DNA of 64,000 nt, from assembly GCA_043228905.1 (NCBI GenBank), contig JBHGNT010000003.1:5146001-5210000 (forward strand), read 5' to 3'. Shown here piece after piece: positions 25,201 to 37,600 of this stretch (positions are counted from its first letter, which is position 1; each line of letters begins with the position of its first letter). The notes beneath the pieces were generated by a model that saw nothing but the letters and a program-made list of their open reading frames with translations, was not told the DNA's origin and ran no database searches. Source of the stretch: Azolla caroliniana. Taxonomy: Eukaryota; Plantae; Polypodiophyta. Position numbers and translations under genes: made by a program.

Positions 25201-26178
25201 TATAACCGAGGAGGTGATGCAACGGTGTTAGCAGCTGTCTCCTCCTCCTTTGGTGGTGCTAGATGATCTATAAGATCCACGAGCTTCTCCTCTTTCATGC
25301 CAATAAAACTGTGCAAAGAGAGCTCTTTGAGCTGCGGCCAGTGATGCAGGAAACCAGTGGTTCTACTCCAGGTACTGAATATGGAAGATATATGCAATCT
25401 CTGCAGAGAGGCTGCTAGGGGTGAATCTGAAGGACGGAGGTCTGCCGATCCTCCGACAAACTCTGGGGAGATCGTCATACACTGAAGGTGGAGGCTGGTG
25501 AGGGAGGTGAATTCACTTAACACCTCGATGAACTCATCTTCTATGTCCCTCTGCTGCAGGGAAAGATGCGTGAGGCCATTGCTTTTCTTGAGGGCACTCA
25601 AAAGATCATAAGTATTGAATAGGGGCCTTCCTGTCATTGCTTTTCCCTGGATGAGCAGGCTTTTGGGGGCCGCATCATGATTTGCAGCCATAGAGAAGGC
25701 CTCCAGCCAAGCGTTTTCCTCCTCTTGGGTGATGGAATTTTGTTTAAACAGGAGATGGACTGCTCCCCCACGGAAATTGGCGGCATCCCTGAGGTACACC
25801 ATTCTGTTCTGCAGTGGCACCTCCTAAATTGAGCATAATGTCTCTGCTCCCCCAAAATCGTTCTTCTTGCATGCGTCCATCACAGTATGAAGAATATCCT
25901 ATTCTGCCATGATATTCATTCTTCCTATCAATGAGGAACAGGCTCTCAACATCAGCCACCTCGATCAGATGACAGAGCCGATGATGGTGATGATTGTTAT
26001 GATGATGATGATCACTGCTAGGCTCCAGAGGAGTTGAGAGTGGCATCAAACTATCTAGAGCTACCGTTGACTTCTCACATGCCTCTCTGAATTGATCAGA
26101 ATCCCAATACATTTGGATAAGGCGGTGAGGTGGCTGAAGCTTCTGATGATGATGAAAAGATGGAGCCTCCTTGTCCAT
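22219..26178 (-). pseudogene. TORNADO1-like Roco (LRR-Roc-COR) pseudogene; intron 24868-24958
   Basis: LRR-like LxxLxL units (LTHLSL, LTSLHL, LQRLHI, LKELSL), P-loop GDPFAG/KTT, RTQGI, WDMAGQ, TRAD, COR-like LDPNWFC, C-terminal IAEKF.L.R...IAWLC..H. Relative to the paralog: in-frame stops at ~24428 and ~24050 and frameshifts at ~23730 and ~23145. A further frameshift lies at ~25825. Confidence 0.9.
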
Positions 26179-27717
26179 ATGGATCTGCCAAGGGTATGGA
26201 ATTTAAATCAGTGATTCAATTGTTTCTTTACGTTGATTACATTTGGAATCGATGAGACCAAATATATCGATGAAAGTATAGTGAAGGGGATTGAAGATGT
26301 TTATGAATATAATCATCCTTTGGCAAGATGGAGGTGGAGAATCGGAGTGTTGGGCGTTAGTGAAGCATTTTCTGATGAAACCCTACATGATTTTCGACCT
26401 CCATTGCCCGATTTTGGAGCTGTTTATAAAATAATAGAATTTTTGAATTAATTGAAGAGTCAAGATTAGACTGAGCGTAAATTGTGATAATAATTATGCT
26501 ATTAGAACACGACTTTAGAAGAGAATCTATGTTTAGAGAAAATTTAACACATGACTTCCAAAATATGGCCCTTATAAATTATTTGTGTTGACTTTTATCA
26601 TGTTGTATTTTTCTTTTGTGCGTCTCCCAATGACGCTCATGGGGCAACATATCCAAAGTCATTCATCCTTGCAATATATGTATGTCCTTTGATATTACTT
26701 CAAAAACAATATTATAAACCTTTTGCAATGGCATAATGTTTTACCATTGTGTTTCCATTTAAGGACCAAATAATTTTGCCATTATAACATGATCCATGAT
26801 TGTATCATAATTCATAATGGTTTTGTGATGAATCTATACATATGGTTTGTGTTTGTGTGAGACATGGATGTGTCATAATTGGCTAAATATGCCAGACCCT
26901 AGTCCTCATCTCTTTAAGGCCGAACCAAATGGGAGCCCACCAATCATGTCTCTCCATATGAATACCTTTGCACAAAATGGTAGATGGGAATGCCAACCAC
27001 GTTGTAATATTTTTCACCACCTCGCATCTTACTTACGTACATTCCATAACTTCGATGCTTTAGGAGATAGCCAAGATAATGACGCCATTGTATGATGATA
27101 CAATATATTTGTAGTGACATGTAAACAAGCGCGTATTATCTTGTGACCACCAATCTACCCAAGGAGCAAAATTTGTTTTCAATGGCAAAGATCCTTGCAA
27201 CAATGTCTCTCTCTCTCTCTCTTGTTCAATCATTCATATTAGTCCCCCAACTTTCAAGAATTTAAATTTTCTATAACTACTAAGTACATTTAGAGCACTT
27301 GAGCACAAGACAAAATAGCAAATGGAAATAATGGAGAGAGACTCCTACATCCTCCTGCATGAGTAGATTTAGATACAACGATATGCCTTGAAGTACAAAA
27401 CTTTGGTTTATTCAACTAAGCACACCTATAGGCTCTCACACCAGCTCTGGAATTACAGTATTAAAACAACTATAACGATAGGAAAAAGCTCACCTTTTCT
27501 CAAATGGTTTGGCAATTAGCAAAACTTGTTCGCAAGGAGCTTTGTTTGTGAGTGGTTGGTTATAATGAATTGGTTTAAAGTGCAAACAAGAACTCAAAGT
27601 TTATCCGATTATTAATATGAGTGGTTTGGTAGTTTTTGTTTGTGAAATGGTAACGGTAACAAAGGAACAAAATCCATGCATTGTGGACATTGTTCTGTCT
27701 AGCCTACCTTTCTTTTT

Positions 27718-27930
27718 TACTCCAATAAACACCATGGCATGTAGCTAGAGTGCCCTAACATCCATCCTTTCTCCAATAAGGGCATAGTGTACGCCAAGGA
27801 GACCTAGTTCACAAGAAAACCATCTTTTTTCCTCCAATAAAGACCACAACACATGTAACTAGAAAGCCCAACATCCATCCTTTCTCCATTAAAGGCCAAG
27901 CCGAGCATACACAAACGAGACCTAGTTAGG
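27718..27930. repeat. Diverged ~115-bp direct duplication upstream of the glyoxalase gene
   Basis: ctccaataaa..catgta.ctaga..gccc.aacatccatcctttctcca..gagacctagtt occurs twice. Confidence 0.75.
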
Positions 27931-28234
27931 GTTGGTTCACCTCACATGGTATACAAAACCTAAACCCGATGTGTGTGTGTGTGCACCTGCCCATTACTCT
28001 ACTAGATCCAAAGAAGAATGGTGTGGGCCTGGGCAATTTTTGGGTGTCTTGACTCCATTGTTTCATGTGGTCTCTCTTCAAGAGACCTTCCTTTTGCATC
28101 AAAGAAAACAGAGGAGGAGGAAGCTAAGCCAAAGTATCTTATCTTCTTCTGCCTCTGCCTCTGTTTCTGTTTCTGTTTCTGCTTCTGCTGTCTGTCTGCT
28201 GTTCTGCCTCTGCTCGCTCTGCTCGACAGGATTC

Positions 28235-31200
28235 ATGGCAATGCTCTCGTCTGTCTCCGCAACAGCGTTTCTTCCCCGTTTCGACCTTGCTGGAAATCTA
28301 CAGCTCGAGGTGAGACAGAGACAGAGATATAGATATAGATTCTATTATTTCCTCACAGAGAAACAATGAGAGAGAGATAGGAATTTTATTTGTCTTTAAT
28401 GATTACTTCCACGGTCATCTGAGAACTTTCAACTCCGTTTTCCCCTCATCACTTCTCCTTGTGATATCCATCTGCAGATTTTTGGTGGATTTCTCCATGT
28501 AGATATGCACTTCTCCTTTCTTAATTTGATACACGAACGAAATAGTCAAGACTTTTGATTACTTTCATTACACCAAGACAGTTGACTTACATGGTGACTT
28601 TCAAATAAATTGTGATGAAAGCCATACATTGCATGCATAGTGGAGAGACAATTGATTGGGATAGGTCCCTACGTAAGTCTATAATGAACAAATTCTGTGA
28701 TCGCACTTGGTCACTGTGTTAAAGGAAATAGTAAAATGAGCAAATCTAAATGATCTTTGGTAGTTAAAGATAGATTGGAATTTCTTAATTTCTATGAGGA
28801 TCATGTTATTGATCTCAGACCTGGGAAGTACTAGGCCAGAAGATGTGCATAAGACAGTTTCCAGAACTAGTTTTAGATTGTATGAGTTTCTACTAATGCC
28901 ATTTGGGCTAATAAATGCTCCACAACATTCAATAGAATGATGGATAGAACTTTGAGAGCTCAAATAGCATTTCTGGGAATATTTTTCAACAGTGTGCTGA
29001 TCTTCTCCACTTATGAAGAGGAACATCAGCCAACATCTGGACATAGAGTATCAGGAAGTTGGTAATCATAGATTTGTCATCAACGGTCTGGAGAATGAAT
29101 TCTATTTGCCTAAATCCACTTTCTAGGGATATTTAAAGTTCAGACAGTGCACCATATGTCAGATTTGAAGTCTAATCATGATATACGCAAATGTCTGGAG
29201 TTGTGGTCCTGTTATAGGATATTTATGAGATTATTTCAGCTGAAATTGCATTTAAATGGGGTATTGAGGAAAAGGTGGCCTTTTGAGTAGTTCAAACATC
29301 AACCCATAACTGAACCATTACTTCTATTGCCTCATTTATCTGAGGCATTTTTGGTTCAATGTTATGCATGTGGTAACAGTATATGTGCAATAATGCAAGG
29401 TATACGTATTCTTGCTTACTGAGAGTAGATTGTCACAAGTGCATAGAAAACTATGCAATAATGAAAAAGAGTTCTTGGCTGTATACATGCTCTTTCCATT
29501 TGGAAGCACTAACTGAGGCCAACGTTATCATTCAAACTGATCATAAGAATATTAATGGGGAACATGAGAGATGAACAAACATCTTCTCTATGTCTCACTA
29601 TGTTATTCATGATGAATGTAAGAAAATGTAATGGCTGATGCTTTATCTAGAAGCCACAAGTTTTGACATTTTTATAGTGGATCATGATGAACCATATGTG
29701 ATGAAAGCTCAATCCTTCAGCCAAGTATATGATCAGAAATGTTTTCCTGTGAAAGGCATGAGCGTTATAATTTGAACCGTGGTAATATGTTAATGCATGG
29801 TCATTTACGTGTGATGAAGGTGAGGAATAAGGTAATTTTAGAGACCATGCTATTTGCCCCACAATACATGGGACATATGGGAATTAATTCTATGCTGAAA
29901 GCAATTAAATCAATTTTTATTTACCGTCTTTAAAAGCAAATGCAAATGCTCTTGTCTGTGCATGTTTAGTATGTCAAAAGTAAAGTCTGGTTGGCAAAAT
30001 ACAGTAGGTTTTCTTCAGCCATTGCCAAATCCTAATAATTCATGGGAAAATATTTACTATGGATTGTATATTTGATCTTGCACATACACAAACTGGTCAT
30101 GATGGAATATGGGCTATGTTAGTCACTTCACTAAGAAGGCCTATTTTATATCCGTTATAAAGAAGATTACAAACTGAACAACTTGCTACGTTTTCTTATG
30201 TCAAGTATATTCAAACATCATGGGTTCCCAAACTTTATTGTTAGTAACAAAGACCCAAGCATGACTAGCTAGTTTTGGGGGCAGACTAAAATTTCGCATT
30301 CAAAAGATCTGCACCATGGGACAGTTCAAGATGGAGGAGAGGTTTCCTAACTGAGAAAAATAGTGCACTTTATCGTGCAGATTCTTTTCATGTGATGGTT
30401 ACAAACTTTCCTGAACAAAAACATTTTAAACTCAGTGGTCAATTACTGTGCTGCTATGGGCTTTATATTAGGGTTTGGATTCTTGAGATTGTGTTTGATT
30501 AGATCCAAGCGAGCATGTGTAATAAGAAGGAATATAGTTAGCAAGTTAGATGTCATAAGGAAGTGATTATTATCAATTACTATTCTTTTTAGGCACAAAA
30601 TACAAGAAAATCTGACTCAGGCTAAATGTAATGATGGATCATCCAATAACTGTTATTCATAAAGATGTGTCGTTGCCAGCTAGAGGATGCTGCATATATT
30701 TCATGCCCTCATTTGAAAGGACAGACAATATCACCCATATGAATTGATATAATTCTCTGAACTCTTGAATTCCCATTTTCTCGGAAACAATTGTAATTCC
30801 AACAATGACGGATGCCTCTTTTGTATTGAAATTTGACATACATCTTTGGAATTGCAGAAAAAACCTTTTTCTGGGTATCTCTCCAATGGAAAAACTCTGA
30901 ATTGTAGCAGCAAGACAACTGTCAAACGAATTCAATGCACAACTACACAACCAAATGTAACCACTTCCCCTAATAATGCATCGAGCACCAAATCTGATGA
31001 TGATGGTAACTTGGCCATTTTCATACTCAATTGTTCACCACTTTGTGATGAATTTAAGAATAGTTCTGTTTATTGCAGACATTGGGTTCGTAGGTATCCA
31101 TCATGTGGGCATATTGTGTGAAAACTTGGAGCGGTCATTGGAGTTTTATTGTGGCTTACTTGGTATGCTCTATTTGAATTAATGGCTCCCAAACATTTAC

Positions 31201-31654
31201 TATATTCTTTTTCTATTGAGAGACTTTGATATGCAATTGATGAATTAGGTTTGGAAACATGCAATGCAAGGCCAAATGACAGGCTACGTTATCGAGGCAC
31301 TTGGTTGTGGGTTGGTGACCAAATGATTCACTTAATGGAGCTTCCAAACCCAGATCCCGTGACTGGTCGACCTGTACATGGAGGCGAAGATCGACATATT
31401 TGTGTATCGGTGAAGAATCCTATGCGATTGAAATCCGTTTTGGAAAATGCAGGTAAATTATGTGGAGGCAGTCCCACATGTTGCTGCTCATTTATCTACA
31501 TCTATAGGTGTTTACTTATTTACATGTTCTGCTGAGAGCAGGGATACCATACACAATGAGCAAGTCAGGAAGGCCAGTCATATTCACACGTGATCCTGAC
31601 GGTAACGCATTGGAATGTCAACCATCATACATGCATGATGCTCTGAAGAAGTAA
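28235..31654 (+). CDS. Plastid-targeted glyoxalase/VOC (lactoylglutathione lyase-like) protein; exons 28235-28309, 30858-31005, 31079-31162, 31249-31452, 31542-31654
   Basis: Transit-peptide-like start MAMLSSVSAT, then HHVGILCENLERSLEFY, RGTWLWVGDQMIHLMELPNPDP, HGGEDRHIC, SKSGRPVIFTRDPDGNALE. GT-AG introns in phase. Confidence 0.9.
29790..30280 (+). mobile_element. Ty3/gypsy integrase remnant in glyoxalase intron 1
   Basis: Frameshifted motifs YMGHMGI, CQK, LQPLPNP..WE, MD, IFKHHGFP..IVSNKDP.MTS.FW. Confidence 0.75.
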
Positions 31655-32019
31655 GATTTTCTATTCAAGCTGGAAGCACCTCAGTGGTGTCACTGATCAA
31701 GCTTGATGACTATGTGTTCAAATGCAACCATCATAGAGGAATGATAGTGTGGAGCTGTACCATTATTCAAGCAATCAAGAAACACTTGATTGAGTGTCAG
31801 TTCCCATTAAGCTTGTCATTGCACACATATTAGCATGGAGCAACCTAGGTTCTCCTATCAGATGAACATGATGAGTGTATAGCAGGTATTTGTAGATGGC
31901 TCCAAGAGCCTTGTATATTTATCCACCAGATATTTCATGTAAATAGAAGCACGTAACTGGAGCTGCAGTATTTAAACTTCTCCTTATGGGAGGTATTAGT
32001 TGGTCAAGAACGTCTACAT

Positions 32020-32560
32020 AACATTGGATCAGCTACTTCATGAACCATTCAAATGTATTTATCTGATTGTACCTCAAAGCTTTAAAGAATTTCATTATTA
32101 AAAATTAAAATGATGGGACATTTTCAACCAGTCAGCTTTTCTTTACAGAATGTGATGATTGTTGATTGAACATAATATTTCTGATTAGATACAGAAGAGA
32201 TGAATGATTTGTTGTATGATTTCATATCAGATTTTGTTCAAGGTAGTTTAAAGAATTTCACATTTGGTTTTTGGATTAAACCTGAACATCTAACAAACGT
32301 AGTTGGAAGTTGAATATACGAGAGTATAGATATGTGAGTTTAGAAACAACTAGTTGAGAAGCCAAAAACTTTAGAGTTTAAACTAGTGAAAAATTTGCTT
32401 ATAGCACCTAGCATTATCAGAATAGGTAAAGCATATGTTGCCATCTTTACTTACAATGTGCAAAGGAAGATTGGACTTTCCTAGCTTATGCAATGGCTTG
32501 TGGAGAAAAGCCACGAGAAGTAAATGGTTTTGAGCTATTGTCATTTTGTTTACTTAATGA
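32020..32560 (+). repeat. Dispersed element X; other copies at ~21350-21800 (-) and ~53515-53950 (+)
   Basis: Shared blocks aaccattcaaat, aatgatggga.attttcaa, gaatgtgatgat.gtt.attgaa, gagtttagaaacaa.tag..aagaagc. Confidence 0.8.
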
Positions 32561-33223
32561 GTAGCTCGGATGTGTGGTAGCATTGCAATTTGCAATGGCG
32601 CATTATATAATAAAGCTTTAGATTCAAGTAACACGTTTTCCATAAATATGTTAGGTGAATATTTCAATAGAAGTATCTTGGGATGGTATCATGGATTAAG
32701 CAAAAGATCAACTCCATTATTTGAATTGAATTGCTATGAAACTTTGGATGGAGTTACCATTTATTGAACTTTTATTTTGATTTTTGAAAAATAGGAATAT
32801 GTTTACCAGATATAAAAATAGAGTTGCTTAAGTCTTGACTATTTCACAAAATATATGCTTTCTAATACCATTACGCACACCTATGCCAGATATTACATGC
32901 AATGTAGCTTTGTGTAAGAATATGTGCTTAAAAAACACAATTGAATAAGAGCTAAGAATAGGTAAATTCCTTCTGATGTTCAATTTACACTTGACAAAGA
33001 ATTAATGTAAAATGAGGATAACTACAAACATATTAGCTCAGTTGTATAACATCTTACTCAACATACACCTTCGCGATATATTACATGTCATATAGCTTTA
33101 TGTTAAGAATGTGCTTAAAAAACACAAACGAGTAAGAGCTAAGAATAGGTAAATTCCTTCTGATGTTCAAATCACACTTGTCAAATAAATAATGCAAAAT
33201 GAGGATAACTACAAACAAATGAG

Positions 33224-34259
33224 TTAAGTTGTGTAACATCTTACTCAACCTCATTTGTTCAGAATAGGTAATTATTCTTTTAACATTGCATTTGCAATTG
33301 TATTCCAATTGTGCTACAAAAGTGAATATTTTTGGCAAGATCTGGTTAATATTACAAATTTGAAGCAGAAAAATAACTGGAGGTTACAGTTTCAAATGAT
33401 GACATCAAACTATAAAAATAGCTCTTTGCATTAAGTTGTGTAACATCTTACTCAACCTCATTTGCTCAGAATAGGTAATTATTCTTTTAACATTGCATTT
33501 GCAATTGTATTCCAATTGTGCTACAAAAGTGAATATTTTTGGCAAGATCTGGTTAATATTACAAATTTGAAGCAGAAAAATAACTGGAGGTTACAGTTTC
33601 AAATGATGACATCAAACTATAAAAATAGCTCTTTGCATTAAGTTGTGTAACATCTTACTCAACCTCATTTGCTCAGAATAGGTAATTATTCTTTTAACAT
33701 TGCATTTGCAATTGTATTCCAATTGTGCTACAAAAGTGAATATTTTTGGCAAGATCTGGTTAATATTACAAATTTGAAGCAGAAAAATAACGGGAGGTTA
33801 CAGTTTCAAATGATGACATCAAACTATAAAAATAGCTCTTTGCATTAAGTTGTGTAACATCTTACTCAACCTCATTTGTTCAGAATAGGTAATTATTCTT
33901 TTAACATTGCATTTGCAATTGTATTCCAATTGTGCTACAAAAGTGAATATTTTTGGCAAGATCTGGTTAATATTACAAATTTGAAGCAGAAAAATAACTG
34001 GAGGTTACAGTTTCAAATGATGACATCAAACTATAAAAATAGCTCTTTGCATTAAGTTGTGTAACATCTTACTCAACCTCATTTGTTCAGAATAGGTAAT
34101 TATTCTTTTAACATTGCATTTGCAATTGTATTCCAATTGTGCTACAAAAGTGAATATTTTTGGCAAGATCTGGTTAATATTACAAATTTGAAGCAGAAAA
34201 ATAACGGAGGTTACAGTTTCAAATGATGACATCAAACTATAAAAATAGCTCTTTGCATT
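33224..34259. repeat. Tandem array, 207-bp unit x5
   Basis: ttaagttgtgtaacatc at 33224, 33431, 33638, 33845 and 34052; near-identical. Preceded by a diverged ~190-bp duplication (32880-33245). Confidence 0.97.
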
Positions 34260-34653
34260 GAACAGACAAAATTTTACATAGGATACCATTGCAATCCTAC
34301 TCGAATTGTGCTACGAAAGTTGATATCTTTGATAAGATTTGAAGAATTTGATAACTAGAGATTACAATTTCAAATAGTGCACCATCAAACTAGAAAAATA
34401 GCTTCTTGCATCACAATTTAATGGAGCAAAATTGCTCCAGTGTTTTATTTTCTTTTGGATAATATAATCATGGCATCCATTAACAGGAGAACAATAAATT
34501 TCCACAAATAGGAACAAGATGCAAGCACAAGATGACAAATGAGAGCCTTGGCATGATTTCGGAAGGAAAAGGTAACATTCTGATCTTCCAAGGTTACTCT
34601 AATATACATTGTTGATCTACTTCAGATTTACACTTAGCTCAGACCATTCCATT

Positions 34654-37600
34654 TTAAACTGAAGGATTGTACTCATCACCGGATTTCAAATGCCTGTGCC
34701 TTAGATAAGCTTTAATAAATGGTTCTAATTCACCATCCATAACCGAAATGATATCTGAAGTCTCCACATTGGTTCGTAAATCTTTGACTAGCTTATAGGG
34801 ATGGAACACATAGTTCCGGATCTGCTGACCCCATTCAGCTTTCACAATATCTCCTCTAATCTGCTTGATTTCTGATGCTCTTTGTTCTTCTGCAATTACT
34901 AGAAGTTTTGCTTTCAGCCACGAAAGAGCCAGGTTCTTATTGGCAAGTTGACTACGCTGCTCTGTAAGGATGGTCAACCTCGAAAATTATCATATAGAAT
35001 ATGTAAGAAAATATATAAACAACAAGCTACACAGTTCACGCTAAGAAAATTGTTCATACATTCTCAAACTATCTAATGGGTGAAAACAGGCTACCAAGTT
35101 CAAGCATTTTCACAAAAGTTGCTTCTAATGAAATTTTTATGCAATCAAGTTTTTATACCCCTAAAAAAAATGTTGAAATGATTTGGGAGATTTTGTATTT
35201 TTCTCATACTTCATTGAGGAGATAACACTTCTGACATGGTAAATGACAAGTCGGATCTCCACTCTACTCTATTTCTTTTCCTTCACGTAAAGAGTATTGC
35301 ATGATACAACACTCAAACACATGTTCACAGGAGCAATCTATAAACATCAGACACTGCATGATTGCAGGTGTCATACCAGGGGATGAATGTGTAGATATGC
35401 AGTAGCATAAAAGGACAAACAGGCACTTCTTTAGACAACACTGGCAGACTGCAATTAGGAGCTGACAATAACAAGAGACCTTTCATGCGATGGATATAAT
35501 GCACAGTATGGTATACCATGGTCAGCGTAAAAAAGTGAAACATCATATCTTCACCAATTACGGCATAAACCCAAGTATCAAAAACATCAAAGCAAAACTG
35601 ATATTCAGCAGATGGTATTGAACATACACAACTTGGGAAAACCCCACTGAACTGGGAATAAAATCATTCCAGTCATTGAGGCCCAGATGGCTGGACACAA
35701 TGTTCCACATAAGACATGAATCAGGTATCAAATAACACTATAGTAGATTCCACATTGCATTACTATTCTCATCATTCGTTAGTCAGGACTCAGGAGCCAA
35801 TCACCCAAGCCCTCCCTAATGCAATGCATGGTTGTTTGAGTTTCAATTGTTGGGAATAAAGGGATAGCCATCAAGCCTTTTTTTTGTGCACAGGTGTGAA
35901 CCCCTAAAAACTTTCATATATATCCATCTCAAAGTCTAAGTGGAACAGAACCCTATTGTTCCCAAAAACATAATGCCGCTATTCTTCTTCTGCTTCCTCT
36001 GTTTGCTTATGTAGTTTTTGCTCTCTGCCTGCAATTCCATTGCTCCCTACCAACACTAAGAAGCTGAATTTGGACTAAAATTTTTGCTTCCTTAGGAGTT
36101 TTGAACAGAGAACAATTTCCAACTTCTAAGATAATATTATGCAAATCTTATGAATGTCAATATTGATAAGATTCATGACCTACTGAGATCTTGAAAGAGG
36201 AGCGCGGTGGGATGTTGTATGGAGAGAGGACCCTGCAGCTATAGCTCCAACTCATGGACATCTAAACCTAGATTAAAAGGTACATCATTATAGTGATGAT
36301 CAACTGGGTTATAGATGTTTCCCATGGGAAGACTGATGAAAACTCTGACTTCTGTCTCTATCTATATAGGAAATATCATTTTATTTTCAACTGTATCGAT
36401 GTGGATCTAATCACATAAGCCAACTAGACCTTGATGTAAGTTCTGACTTGGTGGTTAATAGTAGAAAGTATATGTGTTTAATATCTTACTGTTCTATTCA
36501 AATGAAAAATTTAAGGTTCATGAAGTATTAAAATGTTAGATAATTTACGTTTATATTTGATAACCTATATATATGTTTTTCGACCTTTTAACACAAAAAA
36601 TGTTTGTTGCTACTTATATGTGCCAATTTGGAATCTCAATTCCTCTTTTCGTCTCGCCAATTTTATGTGGATACCAACCACAACAATGGGTATGCAGTAA
36701 ACTATGTGCACGTCATGTAGTAGAATACAACAGGGACAGAATCTAGACTCGCCACTACAGAATACACAGTATTAGAGACATTAGATGTATCCATAGTCTT
36801 GCATTTGATATGAATGGGTAATGATAAATAGATTGGTACTAGTTATATTCACATGTGAGAGTTTTCAATCATTAGTACAGTTTCATATGCAATGTGCTCC
36901 AATTCTTATCAGGTGAAGAGAGATTGAGCAATCTTCACAAATGGAGAAGCTGCCAATGGATGTTGGTTCAATAAATTAATCACTAAAAATTGTTTGTTTT
37001 GTGATAGCAATAATAGAACTGAAAACAATTCATATTGTAATAAAATTATTTTCATGTTTTCTCAAACGTTAAATAAAAGGTAGCTTCAGATATAAAGCAA
37101 ATATTTAGACTAGTACTTTACCTGTACACCGTACAGCAATGCCAGTTGGTATGTGCAATATACGGACAGCTGTCTCTACTTTGTTGACATTTTGTCCTCC
37201 TTTTCCTCCAGCTCTTGAAGTCGATATTTCGATGTCTTCTTCTGGTAGTTCCACATCCAAGGCACTCTCTTCAATAAGAGGCATGATCTCAACTCCAGCA
37301 AAACTCGTCTGCATCCACAATCAAAGTCCATGTGATACTTGAATCCTAGTGAAAACTCTCAAACTTAACCATCTTAAATTGAAAATAGAGAAAATAAAAC
37401 CTGGCGAAGACCCTTCGAATTGAACGGTGACTGTCTGACTAACCGATGAGTCCCCTTTTCACCTGACAAGTAACCATATGCATATAAACCATCGAACTCC
37501 ACAGTAGCAGATTTTATTCCAGCCTCTTCTCCAGGAGACTTTTCCATTACTCTTATCTTATAGCCCTCTTTATCTCCCCATCTCATATACATGCGGAGAA

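Noticed and set aside
33081-34289. Minus-strand ORFs in the 207-bp array as a repeat protein
   Set aside because: Each unit contains a stop in that frame and no domain is recognisable.
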